A stretch of 64,000 nucleotides of DNA from Octopus vulgaris (taxonomy: Eukaryota). The translations under genes were made by a program, and so were the position numbers. The stretch lies in NCBI GenBank assembly GCA_951406725.2, contig OX597828.1:58590001-58654000 (forward strand), read 5' to 3'. A model generated the notes under the pieces. It worked only from the letters and a program-made list of their open reading frames with translations, did no database searches and was not told the DNA's origin. Positions 13,701 to 25,701 of this stretch are shown here, piece after piece. Numbering within the stretch: the stretch's first letter is position 1; each line of letters begins with the position of its first letter.

Positions 13701-13884
13701 TTGATGTTCTAAAGCTACCTCTGTTTTCAAGACAGATGCCCAAGTTGGTAATTTGCTTTATTTAAGTATAATGCTAGCATGGAAGATGGATTGAAGCATA
13801 ATTTACCTCTGCAGGCCACCACGGATAGCGAGGGACTTTTGCCCAAACAACATCTCCTGGAGAATAAGTCACAGCAGCACACAT
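1197..13884 (-). CDS. Spliced gene for a tandem-PWWP-domain chromatin protein (PWWP3A/MUM1-like); join(13884..13807,12246..12161,11581..11511,10608..9648,6280..6177,4811..4744,2399..2314,1263..1197), 3'-incomplete
   Basis: Eight GT-AG-bounded exons with consistent phases sum to 1521 nt (507 codons) with no internal stop. PWWP1 reads YSPGDVVWAKVPRYPWWPAEVV...ILPF...FLMALKCA. PWWP2 reads DAVWVKFNKYPFWPALISKV...IRFFGE...VIPFND. Orthology to PWWP3A is inferred only from the KYPFWPA motif. Confidence 0.88.
1925..2135 (+). mobile_element. Degenerate LINE ORF2 C-terminus
   Basis: ...LDKFLSEIPDEP...NSLIHQ-like translation typical of non-LTR RT ends. Confidence 0.45.
2314..2399 (-). CDS. PWWP gene exon 7 (ISKVYKKKQHIYRLGIRFFGEILSKESL)
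   Basis: ttcttcttcag acceptor, gtaagt donor, 86 nt, phase 0 to 2; PWWP FFG motif. Confidence 0.88.
2540..2787 (+). mobile_element. Probable Helitron-like short element
   Basis: Ends GCTAG|T; AT-rich head followed by (TG)n, similar in layout to other Helitron derivatives in the window. A similar 5' piece lies at ~49052-49260. Confidence 0.35.
4283..4650 (-). mobile_element. Young RTE 3'-UTR copy (representative of ~20 copies)
   Basis: (CAT)n-CGTTTAACGT...CCATGCTAGCATGGGTTGGACGG. Other copies near 220-530, 4920-5120, 5770-6030, 12357-12560, 20860-21150, 24737-24927, 27295-27720, 32950-33385, 33765-34105, 36495-36640 and 48345-48580. Confidence 0.85.
4744..4811 (-). CDS. PWWP gene exon 6 (DSPVVENDAVWVKFNKYPFWPAL), start of PWWP2
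   Basis: catgtttcag acceptor, gtaggt donor, 68 nt, phase 1 to 0; VWxKxxxYPFWPA motif. Confidence 0.9.
6177..6280 (-). CDS. PWWP gene exon 5 (KNSDSNLENKSGSSDESSFGTDDEMCDTITSSKA)
   Basis: cttttcaacag acceptor, gtgaat donor, 104 nt, phase 2 to 1, open in the required frame. Confidence 0.75.
6521..6904. repeat. ~180-bp-arm near-perfect inverted repeat
   Basis: 6521-6702 pairs with 6714-6904 around a ~12-nt loop; a diverged single arm recurs near 24590-24700. Confidence 0.9.
7548..7631 (+). ncRNA. Type I hammerhead ribozyme motif (PLE-type, long stem II)
   Basis: GTGT-CTGAAGA-[stem II including CCAGACA/TGTCTGG]-GAAAC-TAATA-GTA-GCAC; core intact; inverted partial copy at ~7337-7410. Confidence 0.6.
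9648..10608 (-). CDS. PWWP gene large exon 4: PWWP1 C-terminal helix, Ser/Lys-rich linker, degenerate C2H2-like finger
   Basis: Corresponds to ORF 9644..10672 minus its intronic N-terminus. Acceptor ttctttccag at 10610-10609; donor gtaatg at 9647 gives phase 2, matching the next exon. Contains CSQC-x12-H. Confidence 0.88.
11511..11581 (-). CDS. PWWP gene coding exon 3 (DIIRSESNILPFNTEHKKNYIKK)
   Basis: ttattccag acceptor, gtaaga donor, 71 nt, phase 2 to 1; contains the PWWP 'I.PF' motif. Confidence 0.88.
12161..12246 (-). CDS. PWWP gene coding exon 2 (VVAQEDCKIVNHGKKNPIAYITFPCEDAY)
   Basis: ttttaacag acceptor, gtaagt donor, 86 nt, phase 0 to 2. Confidence 0.88.
13807..13884 (-). CDS. PWWP gene coding exon 1 (MCAAVTYSPGDVVWAKVPRYPWWPAE)
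   Basis: Polypyrimidine acceptor tttttgtag before 13906; in-frame TGA upstream of the ATG; literal PWWP motif; donor gtaaat, phase 0. Confidence 0.92.
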
Positions 13885-14028
13885 TCTTCTTCAGATTTGC
13901 AAGTTTCTACAAAAAAAAAAAGAGAAAATTTAATTAACAATATGTATAGAACATTACAAAATAATAATTCTATTACTGTTTGCATGAAGTATTGTCTGGT
14001 TATATATATATATATATATATATATATA

Positions 14029-15296
14029 CGAGGGGCGTTCAATAAGTAATGCCCCTGACCCACTTGCAGTTGTTTGATCTAGCTGAAATTTTGCATGTGC
14101 ACTTATTTATACCTCTATAGATTAAGTGGCGAATTACAGCTCTGAACTAATTGTGGTTTCTGATTTACAGGTGTTTGAACTGAGTCAAGTGTGTAATGGA
14201 GCCTGTTGAGTGTCGAGCAGTGATCTGGTTTTTGCATTTGAAAGGACGCACACCACGGGAGACTTTTGATGAAATGAAAGTAACTTATGGTGATGATGCC
14301 CCTTCATATGACCTTGTAAAACGCTGGCATCATGAATTCAAACATGGTCGGAACTGTGGAAACAGCTCCCAGATCTGGTCGCCCCCTTCTGCCATTGATG
14401 AGGCATCTGTCTGTCAAGTTGAGGCTGCCATTTTGGAAGATCGACGCATAATTATTCGCCAAATAGCCTTTGAGGTCAAGATTAGTACCGGGTCTGTGGA
14501 AACTATCATTCATGACCATTTGCATATGCAAAAGGTGTCTGCCAGATGGATTTCCAGGTTGCTCACACCTTTCCAGAAGCAAGAACGCGTTGAGTGCTCG
14601 AGGATGAATTTGGAGATGTGCCAAGAAGATGAGTCAAAATTTTTCAAAAGACTGATCACATAGGATAAAACCTGGGTCCATCACTATGATCCATAGACCA
14701 AAGCCCAGTCAATGCAGTGAAAGCACCGTGACTCACCTCCTCCAAAGAAGGCAAGGGTGCAGCCCTCTGCTGACAAGGTTATGCTCACAGTCTTCTGGGA
14801 CCAGGACGGAGTAGTGATGACAGATTTCCTGGCAAAGGGTACCACAATTACAGGAGCCTATTATGCTTCACTTTTGAGGAAATTAAGAGAAGCTATCAAA
14901 ATCAAGAGGCGGGGCAAGATCAGCAAAGGCATCCTCCTCCTGCAGGACAACGCTCCGGTCCACAACTCGCGTGTCGCCAGATCAGAAGCACAGGCGTGCA
15001 GCTATGAACTCCTTTCCTTGCACCCTCTGATTTTCACCTCTTCCCAGCCATGAAGTTGATTTTGAAAGGAAAGCATTTCCCAGATGATGCAGCCTTGATT
15101 TCTGAAGTCACGTCGTGGTTGGAGGACCAAGCTGGGGTCTTCTACAAAAACGGTCTCCAGAGCTGTATCAAACGATGGGAGAAATGCATAACTCTGGGTG
15201 GTTCCTATGTAGAAAAAGACTAATAACTGTGCCAAGTGTCGTTGCTCTACTGCTATGGGAAGTGGGTCAGGGGCATTACTTATTGAACGTCCCTCG
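14029..15296 (+). mobile_element. Full-length mariner (irritans-like) transposon with inactivated transposase
   Basis: About 35-bp TIRs CGAGGGGCGTTCAATAAGTAATGCCCCTGACCCAC / GTGGGTCAGGGGCATTACTTATTGAACGTCCCTCG, flanked by TA within (TA)n. Transposase 14196-15223 has WISRLLT, KVMLTVFWD and LLQDNAPVH, with stops and a deletion in the YSPDL motif. Confidence 0.95.
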
Positions 15297-15307
15297 TATA
15301 TATATAT

Positions 15308-16532
15308 ACCATAAAGATCCATGTAAATTGCGCAGATGATTTTCATGATATAATTTGTTAGAAAAAGCTTCTACTCATGTAAAATTCGCACCCAAAAGTT
15401 TTCAGAATTGCTGATAAAGCCAGTGGAAAAAGGTTTTCAATTTAGTTGTATTTAGCATAATTTCACTTACTTATGATTAGATTTTATTAAATTTTCCTTA
15501 AATACAAATAATTTCTATTTAACGGGTATCATACTGAAAGCTATTAAATTACAAAGTGTTTGTTTTGCTGTTTATAATAAACTACATTTTACATTTCTTG
15601 CCCACAAGAGATTATGTCCGATCTTTAGCATACTGCTGAATGTCTTCTCAAATCACAATCACAGGAAAAGTTGTTGATAAGAATTATCAACAAAAACAAA
15701 GCTGATAAATACGCACAGGTATTGCAAATTAAGTTTAATTACCAATGAATGGATGACATTTTACTCAACTGATAGAGGAAGGTGACTGATCAAACTGATT
15801 ATGTAAGCAGAATTCTTTTCTACCTATCCTTGTTGGAACCTTTGATATGGAGTATCGAAATTTTAATCCCTTTCATACTTATAAAATGTCAAACAAACTT
15901 TAAAATTTGTCATTACTGTTATTGTCAGTATGGGCAGAACTTATGAATCGTTTACTGTGAAGGAGAAATTAAATATGTTGAATATGCATTTGAACGGTGG
16001 CAATAGAGCCAATGTTCAAAATTGGCGTAAACAGTAGGACAAACTTAAAACTGTGCCTAGGAATAAACAGGCAAAAATAAAACATACAATCAAGATTATC
16101 CATATCATTACATTTTTTTCAGTCAGGAATGTCAATATCATTATGTATGTCAATGGTGCTCCATTGCGATAGGTGGAAACTCCAAGCAATGTAAAACATG
16201 GCCCAGACCGTGATTACCAGCATGAATGTCAGACTTCAAAAAGTAGTTAACCATTTAATGGTTTTAGTAAATTTATACAGAAAAAGTAAGCATTATACCA
16301 CCCAGCAGAAATAAAAGTCAACTTCATTATATTTAAGCCATTATTTTTTCTGTAAAAACCTTTTCTGACATTAAATGAGTCAACTTCTGGTACAAATGTT
16401 TATGTTTTGTACGTCTTTTCTCAACAAAAATATATTTTTTTTAATTCTGGAAACAATCTACTCATGTAATTTACATACACACTAAAGTTTATTTTTGCAA
16501 AAAAAAAAGTGTGTAAATTACATAGGTTTTAT
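15308..16532 (+). mobile_element. pogo/Tigger-like DNA transposon relic
   Basis: From 15930, degenerate MGRTYESFTVKEKL..VEYA..GNRA..NV..WRKQ*DKLKTVPRNKQA resembles the Brinker-type HTH of pogo transposases; degenerate inverted ends. Confidence 0.5.
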
Positions 16533-17769
16533 ATATATCAAAATTTGCCTTTAACAGTTGAAATATGTGACAAACATTTTACAACTAACCTAAATTGTGA
16601 TTATACGTAAGCACTGCTTTGTGCCATCACTTGGTCAGTTTTCTCAGTCAGGCTTCTTCCAGTTTTCGTCTACCAAATCCACTCACAAGGCTTTGGCCAG
16701 CCTGAGGCTATAGTAGAACACATGAGCACAAATCAGTCAACATGTAGGCTGAATGATATATAAAGCTATAAGCTTTATTTAGTCCATTCAAAGACACCTC
16801 TCTTAGGTAAACTCATCAACAAGTGTCAACAAACTCAAAACATCGATGTCTGAGATTGCCAACAGGTGGTGACACTGAACAAACTGGATGTTTTCACACC
16901 TTTTTACCATAAAAGAGATTATTTTCTCCATGGTAACTGTAGTGTATTTGCCTTTAGCAGTTGAAATACATGACAAACATATTTCAACTAACCTAAATTG
17001 TGATTATACATAAACACTGCTTAGTGCAATTACTCTGATATATATATGGTGGGGGGAGGGCAAACACAGACACACACACGAGAGGCTTCTTCCAGTTTCC
17101 GCCAGCCAAATCCACTCGCAAGGCTTTGGCCAGCCTGAGGCTATAGTAGTAGACACTTGCCTAAAGTGCCACACAGTGGGACTGAACCCAAGACTACATG
17201 ATTAGGAAGCAAGTTTCTGACCACACAGCTACACCTGCACATATGCAGTTCATAATTCTTCTCACTAAGTTGTGAGTCAATCTGTGATTGAGAAAATTCA
17301 AAGGTTGTTTCCAAGCGTTTGGCTGATTCTTGTGGAAAACATTCACAAAAGCATAAGTAAGATCTCCATTAACTTGTTCAGTGTCTCACTGATATTTAGA
17401 CCTCTGGGACCCATACTAAGAATCAACTGGAAATCATCTATTTCCTAAATAACAGACTCTGGAGTAAGACATTCTAACTCATAGGAATTCATTAGACCAA
17501 CTAAATGTGAATAGATCCAGTTTTTCTTTGGGGAAATAAGGACTGTGAAAGCTAAGTTCCTTTTGCATTGAAGATATTTACAGTCTCTAACCAACTGAAG
17601 TCTCTGATAACCATTGTGCCAAGTAAACTATTATTATTCCACTTTAGAAAGGAACAGATTGTGTAGTGGGGATCTGCATACATAATACAGTAAAGTTAGC
17701 AGTCTTGAGTGAGCATTAATCAATATCCAATTATAATATCACAATTCTTGGTCTGAGACAGGTTATCTA

Positions 17770-18380
17770 TTTGAAGAGTGCAGCTGTGTAAAAAAGTGCT
17801 GGAAGCTGTGGTAGAGGTAGTCTCAGGAAGACATGGGATGAGGTGGTGAAGCATGATCTTTGGACTTTCGAACTAACAGAGGCAATGACTAGTGACTGAG
17901 ACTGTTAGCGATATGCTGTGCTTAAGAAGACCCGTCAAGCCAAGTGAAATTGTAATTGTGGTTGATGCTGGTGTCATGTAACTTGCACCCATGCCAGTGG
18001 CACGTAAAAAGCACCTTTCAAGCATTGGGCCTCATGGATGCAAAGTGGCTGAGTTCCTTTTGAATGTTGGGCCTCGTCTAGACAATGACCGAGACCTTCA
18101 GCATTATATCATGATTGAGAAGAAGACTCATCAAGCCAAGTGAAATTGCAGTCATGGCAGATACCAGTGTCACACAAATGGCACCTGCGCTGGTGGCACA
18201 TAAAAGCACCCATTACACTCACGGAGTGGTTGGCATTAGGAAGAGCATTCAGCTGTAGAACCCATGCCAAATCAGACTGGAGTCTGGTGCAGCCTTCCAG
18301 CTTGCCAGCCCTGGTCAAACCGTCCAACCCATGCCAGCACAGACAATGGATGCTAAATGAGGGTGATGATGAGGAGGAGG
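17770..18380 (+). mobile_element. RTE LINE 3' end (ORF end and UTR)
   Basis: Same RKTWDEVV end and UTR as 35640-36113. Confidence 0.8.
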
Positions 18381-20339
18381 AAGAAGAATACCAAGTAATG
18401 CAGTGTATTGGTTTATATCATAAATCAAAGTTGATGCTGATCTGATGGTGGTTGATGCATAGTTATTATTGCTTTAAATAAAAGAGGAGTCTATATGTGG
18501 TCACACAACCGGCTGAAAATGGCAGTCAAAATTTCCTATGTCTGAAATAAAAATAAGATGGAGGTGGCTGGAGTGCCTTTGATTGTAAGGTCTTCTCAGA
18601 AAGGGTTAACCTGGGGTTAAACAACAACAACAACAACATTGCAATCAAATTAAAATATTATTCTACTTCCACATGACCATCTATATTTTACCTACCCCTA
18701 CTTATCCATAATCCTGTCACACAGAAAGAGGCCATCATATTCATTTCCTCTGGAGTATTACTTATCCCACCCCCACCCCATATCTCTGTGACAACACTTT
18801 CCAACTTCTCAAAATCTTACAGTGCCACACTCCACCCGACTACACATCAAAATAAAAGCCATTATTTGTGAAATGCATGAGAAGAGGCAAAGTGTTGAGC
18901 AAATGCTTTTGGTATTTACTTGCAGCTCTTTACAAATTTGCTTGTCGTCCTGATGAGATTTCTTGTTCAAATAAGTACTAGTATGATATATTTTAACTGT
19001 GTCCTCTCACCCAAATTCAAGACTTTGCTTATCTTCAAAATTAATTCTTGAATAAAATAAGAAAAATAGGCAATGACCGAGGGATCCTATGCCACAAAAT
19101 ATAGTTTATTTTAGAAGTCAAATGAGGCAGCCTCAATATGGTTGCTTGACCTGCTACAAATAATAAGTCTCTCTTAATCTGAAGATTAGTGTGTTAAAAA
19201 AGGATTAAAGTCATGAACTGATGGTTCTTGGAGAAAAAAAAAGTCAGGATGATCCTGGCAGGGTCACTTTTGAACCCTTTAGCATTCAGATCACTTTGTC
19301 AAAAGTAACACTTATTTGCAGCGTTTTGAATTGATCATGAATTACCTCATAGCTTTGAGATTCTAATGATGTGACTGTTTATTTTTAAAATGACATTGTA
19401 GAGTAGGTGTGAAAGGCCAGATCTGGTTGATCCAAAGATAAAACTGATAAAAAATTGGGGCTGGATATGGCTGCTTTAAATCCAAAAGGCTTAATCAAAT
19501 ATCTGCTTGATCAGGGCTGACTTGGAGCTAAGAATTAACTGCACTATTGATAAGCCTGATGATCTTGAAACAGAACCACAAAACCTGATTAAGGAATCAC
19601 ATAGAAGGCGGTTTGTTTCAATAGAATTATCTCCATGTAATTTAAACTACAGGATATAGAAATTAATGTTCTATTTCTCAAAGTCTGCTGGGTGGTTGAT
19701 GTTAGGAAGGGCATCCAGCCATAGAAACCCTGCCAAAACAGACACAGAAATCTGGTGCAGGCTTCTGTTAAACCATCTAATCCATGTCAGCATGCAAGGC
19801 CTAATATTAAACAATGATGATGATGATTCTTTATATCTTTTATTATCATTTGTTTCAGTCGCTGGACTGTGGCCATGCTGGAACACTGCTTTGAAGGGTT
19901 TCAATCAAACAAGTCGACCCCAGTAATAACCTGGATATGAATAACAGTAATATATTTATACATGTTAAGGTGGTGAGCTGGCAGAATTGTTAGCATGCCA
20001 GACAAAATGCTTAGTAGCATTTCTTCTGGTTTTGCATTCAAAGTGTAACCCTTTCGATACCAACCCCAGCTGAAACCACCTCTGGCTCTGTAGTACAAAT
20101 GTCTTCTTTTCATAAGTTCTGAATTAAAATCTTCCACCAAACCATAGTCACAGTTTATGTTCCTAACACTAGCTGAATGATAACTAAGTTACTTTACTAA
20201 ATTCTTTGTTATATTTAAAATTAATTGAAAGAAACACAGAGCATCTCAAAATAAATATGGTAATGAAAGGGTTAAATGCCAGAGGTTGATTTTGCATTTC
20301 CTCTTTTCAGAGTCAATAGAATAAGTTGCAGTTGAGAAA

Positions 20340-21707
20340 TGGGGTCAATGTAATCAACTCACCCAGTCCCTATAAAATGACTGGCTTTGTGCCAAAATTA
20401 GAAAAAATATTTTAAGGTATGTTGAGTGATGTAGAATGAGTAATAAGTGTCCCAATGATCTGGGTCCACCAGCTTCTCTTCATTCCAATTCTCTTACTGG
20501 TTTCTGTCAGAAGACTGTGGCCATACTGGGGCATACTATCTTCAAGGATTTCACTATTTATCAACTTTCAAAGGTATTTCAGCCAGGAACTTACTATTTC
20601 ATCAACCTCTATTTATTTGAGTGTTGAAATTACCTTTTAGTGTTTAACTCGACATACCATTTTACAAACACATATAAGCTTACAAACAGTACTGGACTTC
20701 TTATCTGTCGTTTAGAAATCTGGAATTCCTAGAAATCGAAGAATACTCAGCAGTAAGAACTAATACACTGAATTTTGTTCTACTCAAAGCATTTAAGCTT
20801 GTGTTCATATCATCTCTCTTTCTCATGTTCTTCCCTCTGGCTGGGTAACCACATAACTCCTCTCAGCAAGACACCTGTTTTTGTCTCTCTGTTGCACTCT
20901 GACCTTTCATCATCTGGCACAAGATCACCCCCTCCCTTCTCAAAGGGATTTTTGTCTTGCAAGTTATTTGGTGACCCTGCCAGTGCTAAAAAGTACACAG
21001 TCCACTCTGCAGGGTGGCTAGTGTTGGGAAGGGTATCTAGCTGTAAAAACCATACCAAAACACACACAAAAAATCTGTCAGGCAAGCTCCTGTCTAACTC
21101 ATGCCAGCATGGAAAACGGATGTTAAACGATGATGATGATGATGATGACTAAACAATACCATGCAAAACACTGTACCCTGTATTGAGTCAACAGATGCTA
21201 TTTTGGAAATTGGTTAATTTATACATGGGGTGTTGAAAATATGTTGTTGTATTTAGGAATGGTCATTTTGCCAGTTTAGCCAATAAAATAGTTATTTTTA
21301 GTCAAAATGAAACGGGTGTTTTTTTTGTTTAGCTGGGTACATATTTTATTGGTCTCTTTTGCCAAACCGCAAAGTTACACGAACACAGACACACCAACAC
21401 CAGTTGGTAAAAGGTAATTTCAACACTCAAATAAATAGGGGTTGATAAAATAGTAAGTTCCTGACTGAAATACCTTTGAAAGTTTATACCAAGTGAAATC
21501 CTTGAAGATAGTATGCCCCAGTATGGCCACAGTCTTCTGACTGAAACCAGTAAAAGAATTGGAATGAAGAGAAGCTGGTGGACCCAGATCACTGGGACAC
21601 TTATTACTCATTCTACATCACTCAACATACCTTAAAATATTTTTTCTAATTTTGGCACAAAGCCAGTCATTTTATAGGGACTGGGTAAGTTGATTACATT
21701 GACCCCA
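20340..21707. repeat. ~300-bp inverted duplication
   Basis: 20340-20639 versus 21408-21707 with few substitutions; explains the mirrored ORFs 20436/20455 and 21420/21329. Confidence 0.9.
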
Positions 21708-23394
21708 GTGCTCAATAAGGTAAACCCTGTCAGGCCATGTTAGTGCTATAAGCAGGAACAGCTTAAATGTCATAGTGGTAAATGAACACCACTTGTAGAA
21801 AAAGAAAATAAAATACTAAAATTAGATCGTACTAAAATTAGTTGCAGCTTTGTAGTTAAGCGTGTTCTATGACTCATTGTTAATGGGTATCCCCCGATAG
21901 ATGTTGTTTACTTTTGCTTTTAATCACACACATACAAAAAAAAAAATAATTGTGATGAAACAAATGTGATGAACCCAGCTCTTTGTCTTGTAAATGAGCA
22001 AGACCTAGACTCTTTGCAGTTGAGGAAATTGATAATATTTATTCTTCGGATGAAGAGTTTATACTTCCACCAGCAATGAAAGCGATTTGGACAAACTGAT
22101 GAAAGAGATGAGGAAATTAGCAATTTGGGTGAACAAATACAGCAGTTGAGAGATGGGCCTATTATTGTTATTCTCCTGAATATTGTGTGATTTTGTCCAT
22201 TGGTATGCCTGCAATTTTTACTCTTGAGCTATATATACCACTATTTATTATTTTTTGACTCAGGTGCCAAACTATAGGGTAATGTTCGACACAGCAGCCC
22301 AGGTCTGAAAGTGATAAACATATTCCGCTTTAAAACTGTATTAATTTATACCTGGATCTGTTAAACAAAATCATGTTCTTTGTTTTTCTTTATTTAATTT
22401 TCATCCTATAAACATTATATTGTATACATGGTACAGCATGATATATTTTAAGAATTTTAAGGGGATTAGTCATTATCAGACCCTGCTTTAGAAATGTATC
22501 AATTTGAATCTGCTAAATACAATTTAGTTCTTCACTTTTCATAGGTTATTTTATAAGTATTTATTTAGATTATCTCCAGAAACCTGGAAAATTCAGAAAT
22601 CTGGGACAATTCCAGTCCCAAGCTTGCTTGAATATTCGTCTAATGCTGTGTATATTTATTTATATGATAAGCTTCATCACACTCAGTACCACATAGTTGC
22701 AAAGTGAACTTTTTAACCACATGAATATACACCAAAGAAAAAGAACTCAAGTCACACATTGTCACGTCATATCTTCAACTTGATATCTTCTTGCACAGAT
22801 GTAAGGAACTAATGTTTTCGAATTAAATATATGGTGAAAACTTAACAGCACAAAAGTTTAGTTTTTAAATAATCCAGATGTGGGCCATTCAAATTCAGAG
22901 ACACAAAAAGAAGGGAAGTGGTAGGATGACACAGAAAAGTGGTGCTTATTATAACTGTAAATTATCAAAGATTAGGATGAACCAATCAACTGACCAAGAT
23001 ATTAAAACTATTAGGTTCAGAACTTTAATTGCCCGTGTTTTTAGAGAGGGTAATGCTGCCTTCTCATATCTTATAGAAGAACATTCATTGAACAAGCTGA
23101 CAAGAGAGATTTCTACATAGTTATACAAATTGCTAGAAATAGCAACCAAATGCCCCTCAAATTACACCCTACTGTTTTTTTTTAACCCTTGTTTTTAAGG
23201 ACACAGTGGAATGTATTGTTCAAAGTACACTACACCAGAAAAATGTTGGAATGGTCATAGTCACATACAGCCTTTGACATAGCTATGCTCAATTACAGCC
23301 AACTTCACAACACAAAGTGCAAACACACACATTCAAACATGAGGATTTTCAAAGTTATTTTTTCTTTCATGCAAACAGACACTTGAGATACTGT

Positions 23395-23687
23395 ATAAAG
23401 TAAACAAGCTTCAACAAGTGGCAAGATGCTGCCATTCAAACAAGCCAGCGGGGAAACATGTGATCAAGAGAAAGGTTTCCTAAATTATTTTCTTTCTTTC
23501 TTTCTTGCATTTTAGGAAGAGAATGTCATCATCATCATCATCGTTGATGATGATGACATTCTCTTCCTAAAATGCAAGAAAGAAAGAAAGAAAATAATTT
23601 AGGAAACCTTTCTCTTGATCACATGTTTCCCCGCTGGCTTGTTTGAATGGCAGCATCTTGCCACTTGTTGAAGCTTGTTTACTTTAT
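23395..23687. repeat. Perfect palindrome with 143-bp arms
   Basis: 23395-23537 is the exact reverse complement of 23545-23687; 7-nt spacer. Confidence 0.95.
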
Positions 23688-24044
23688 GTATATTAATTTT
23701 GCTTGACTGAATCATATAAGATTTTCAGGCTATTATGCTTTTATTTTACCAACACCATTTCTAGCTCATGAATAAAATAGAAAAAAGTATGGAAAAATCT
23801 GAATTCCTCTGTAAGTTTGATAATTATATGAAAAAAGGAATTTTGGTCCTGTCCATGGACCAAGGAGATGGAGGTGAGACATATTTTTGGTCCAATAAAT
23901 AAATTTGAAAAAATTATGGAAAAACCAGAATTCCTCCACAAGTATGTGAAAAAGAAACTTGGTTCCTGTCCATAGACCATAGGGTACGGACACATTTTTG
24001 GGTCCCATGAATAAAATTGAAAAAATTACATAAAAACCTGAATT

Positions 24045-24555
24045 CCCTTGCTGCAACAGTCTGCCATGCCAAGCATTAGAGAAGACTTTGAAGATGAGGA
24101 GTTTTATTTTCAGCAAGAGAGGGCATCCCCACACTACCATTGCAATGTTAGATCCTTACTTGATGAGCTTTTACCAAACAGGTGGATTGGACGAAGGGGT
24201 TTCATTGAATACCCTCCACATTCACCAGACCTCACACCGCTAGACTTCTTTTTTTTATGGGGATACCTAAAAGAAAGTCTATGCTATGAAACCTGCAACA
24301 GTTGCTGATTTGAGAGCAGCCATTGAACGTGAATGCACACAAATACCAAAAGAATTGTTTTGATATGTTTGTGATTCCATTGCTTTGCATTGGCAGCAGT
24401 GCCTGCACCAGAACAGATGTCAGTTTGAAAACAGGCATTGATAAAACAATAAAATAATGTCTGTAGATTCTATAAAATTTTTTAAATGGAATGTATTTTA
24501 ATAAACACCTTAACAATTGATTAAAGTGTGTATACATTTTGGGGGGGACACTTTG
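24045..24555 (+). mobile_element. 3' part of a Tc1/mariner DD41D (rosa-like) transposon
   Basis: FQQ(E)RASPHY...RWIGRRG...PPHSPDLTPLDFF with 41 residues between the second and third catalytic positions; terminus ...GGACACTTTG-TA. Confidence 0.8.
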
Positions 24556-24586
<31 letters not shown>

Positions 24587-25701
24587 TGTCAATAATCTGG
24601 GAGATTTTTCTTACAGTAAAAGAAATAGCTAAAATTTTTGGCTGCTATTTCTAAAAAGTTTGGTGTATGGTAAAGTAAATTATTTTACTGAACCCTATTT
24701 TTATATTGTAATGTATATATATATAAATATATATATATCATCATCATCATCGTTTAACGTCCGTTTTCCATGCTAGCATGGGTTGGACGGTTTGACCGGG
24801 GATCTGGGAAGCCAGGAGGCTGCACCAGGCTCCAGTCTGATCTGGCAGAGTTTCTACAGCTGGATGCCCTTCCTAACGCCAACCACTCCGTGAGTGTAGT
24901 GGCTGCTTTTTACGTGCCACCTGCACATTAGAAAAAGAAATTAATTTTTTTTTTTAATTAAATGAAGTGGAGGGGAAATAGATTGCTAAAAGAAAAAAAC
25001 ATGGTTGATGGATTCAAAAAGCCTTCGATGGGGGTCAGGTGGAAAATGGTGTACTGCAAGGAATTATTCTGCTTCTTGTTTTAATACAGGGTCATTCAAA
25101 AGTCGCCATACATAAGAACAAGATATTTTTTTATACTCTTTTACTTGTTTCAGTCATTTGACTGTGGCCATGCTGGAGCAACGCCTTTAGTTGAGCAAAT
25201 TGACCCCAGGACTTATTCTTTGTAAGCCTACTACCTATTATATCAGTCTATTTTGCCGAATCACTAAGTTACAGGGACGTAAATATTGTCAAGCAATGTT
25301 GGGGGGACAAGCACAGACACACACACATATATATATATATACATGTATACGATGGGCTTCTTTCAGTTTCCGTCTACCAAATCCACTCACAAATCTTTGG
25401 TTGGCCCGAGGCTATAGTAGAAGACACTTGCCCAAGGTGCCACACAGTGGGACTGAACCCGGAACCATGTGGTTGGTAATCAAGCTACTTACCACACAGC
25501 CACTCATACGCCTACAAAAAGGAAGCAAAGTTAGCCACAGCGGAATTTGAACTCAAAACCTGGAGCTAGATGAAGTGCCACTAAGTCATTTCGCTGAGAG
25601 CACTGATAGAGGGACATACAAAGAATGAGACAGAGATAGATAAATAGAGAGGTGAGCCAAGAGAGAGAATTTGATGGTTGACAGAGAGACAATACGAGAG
25701 G

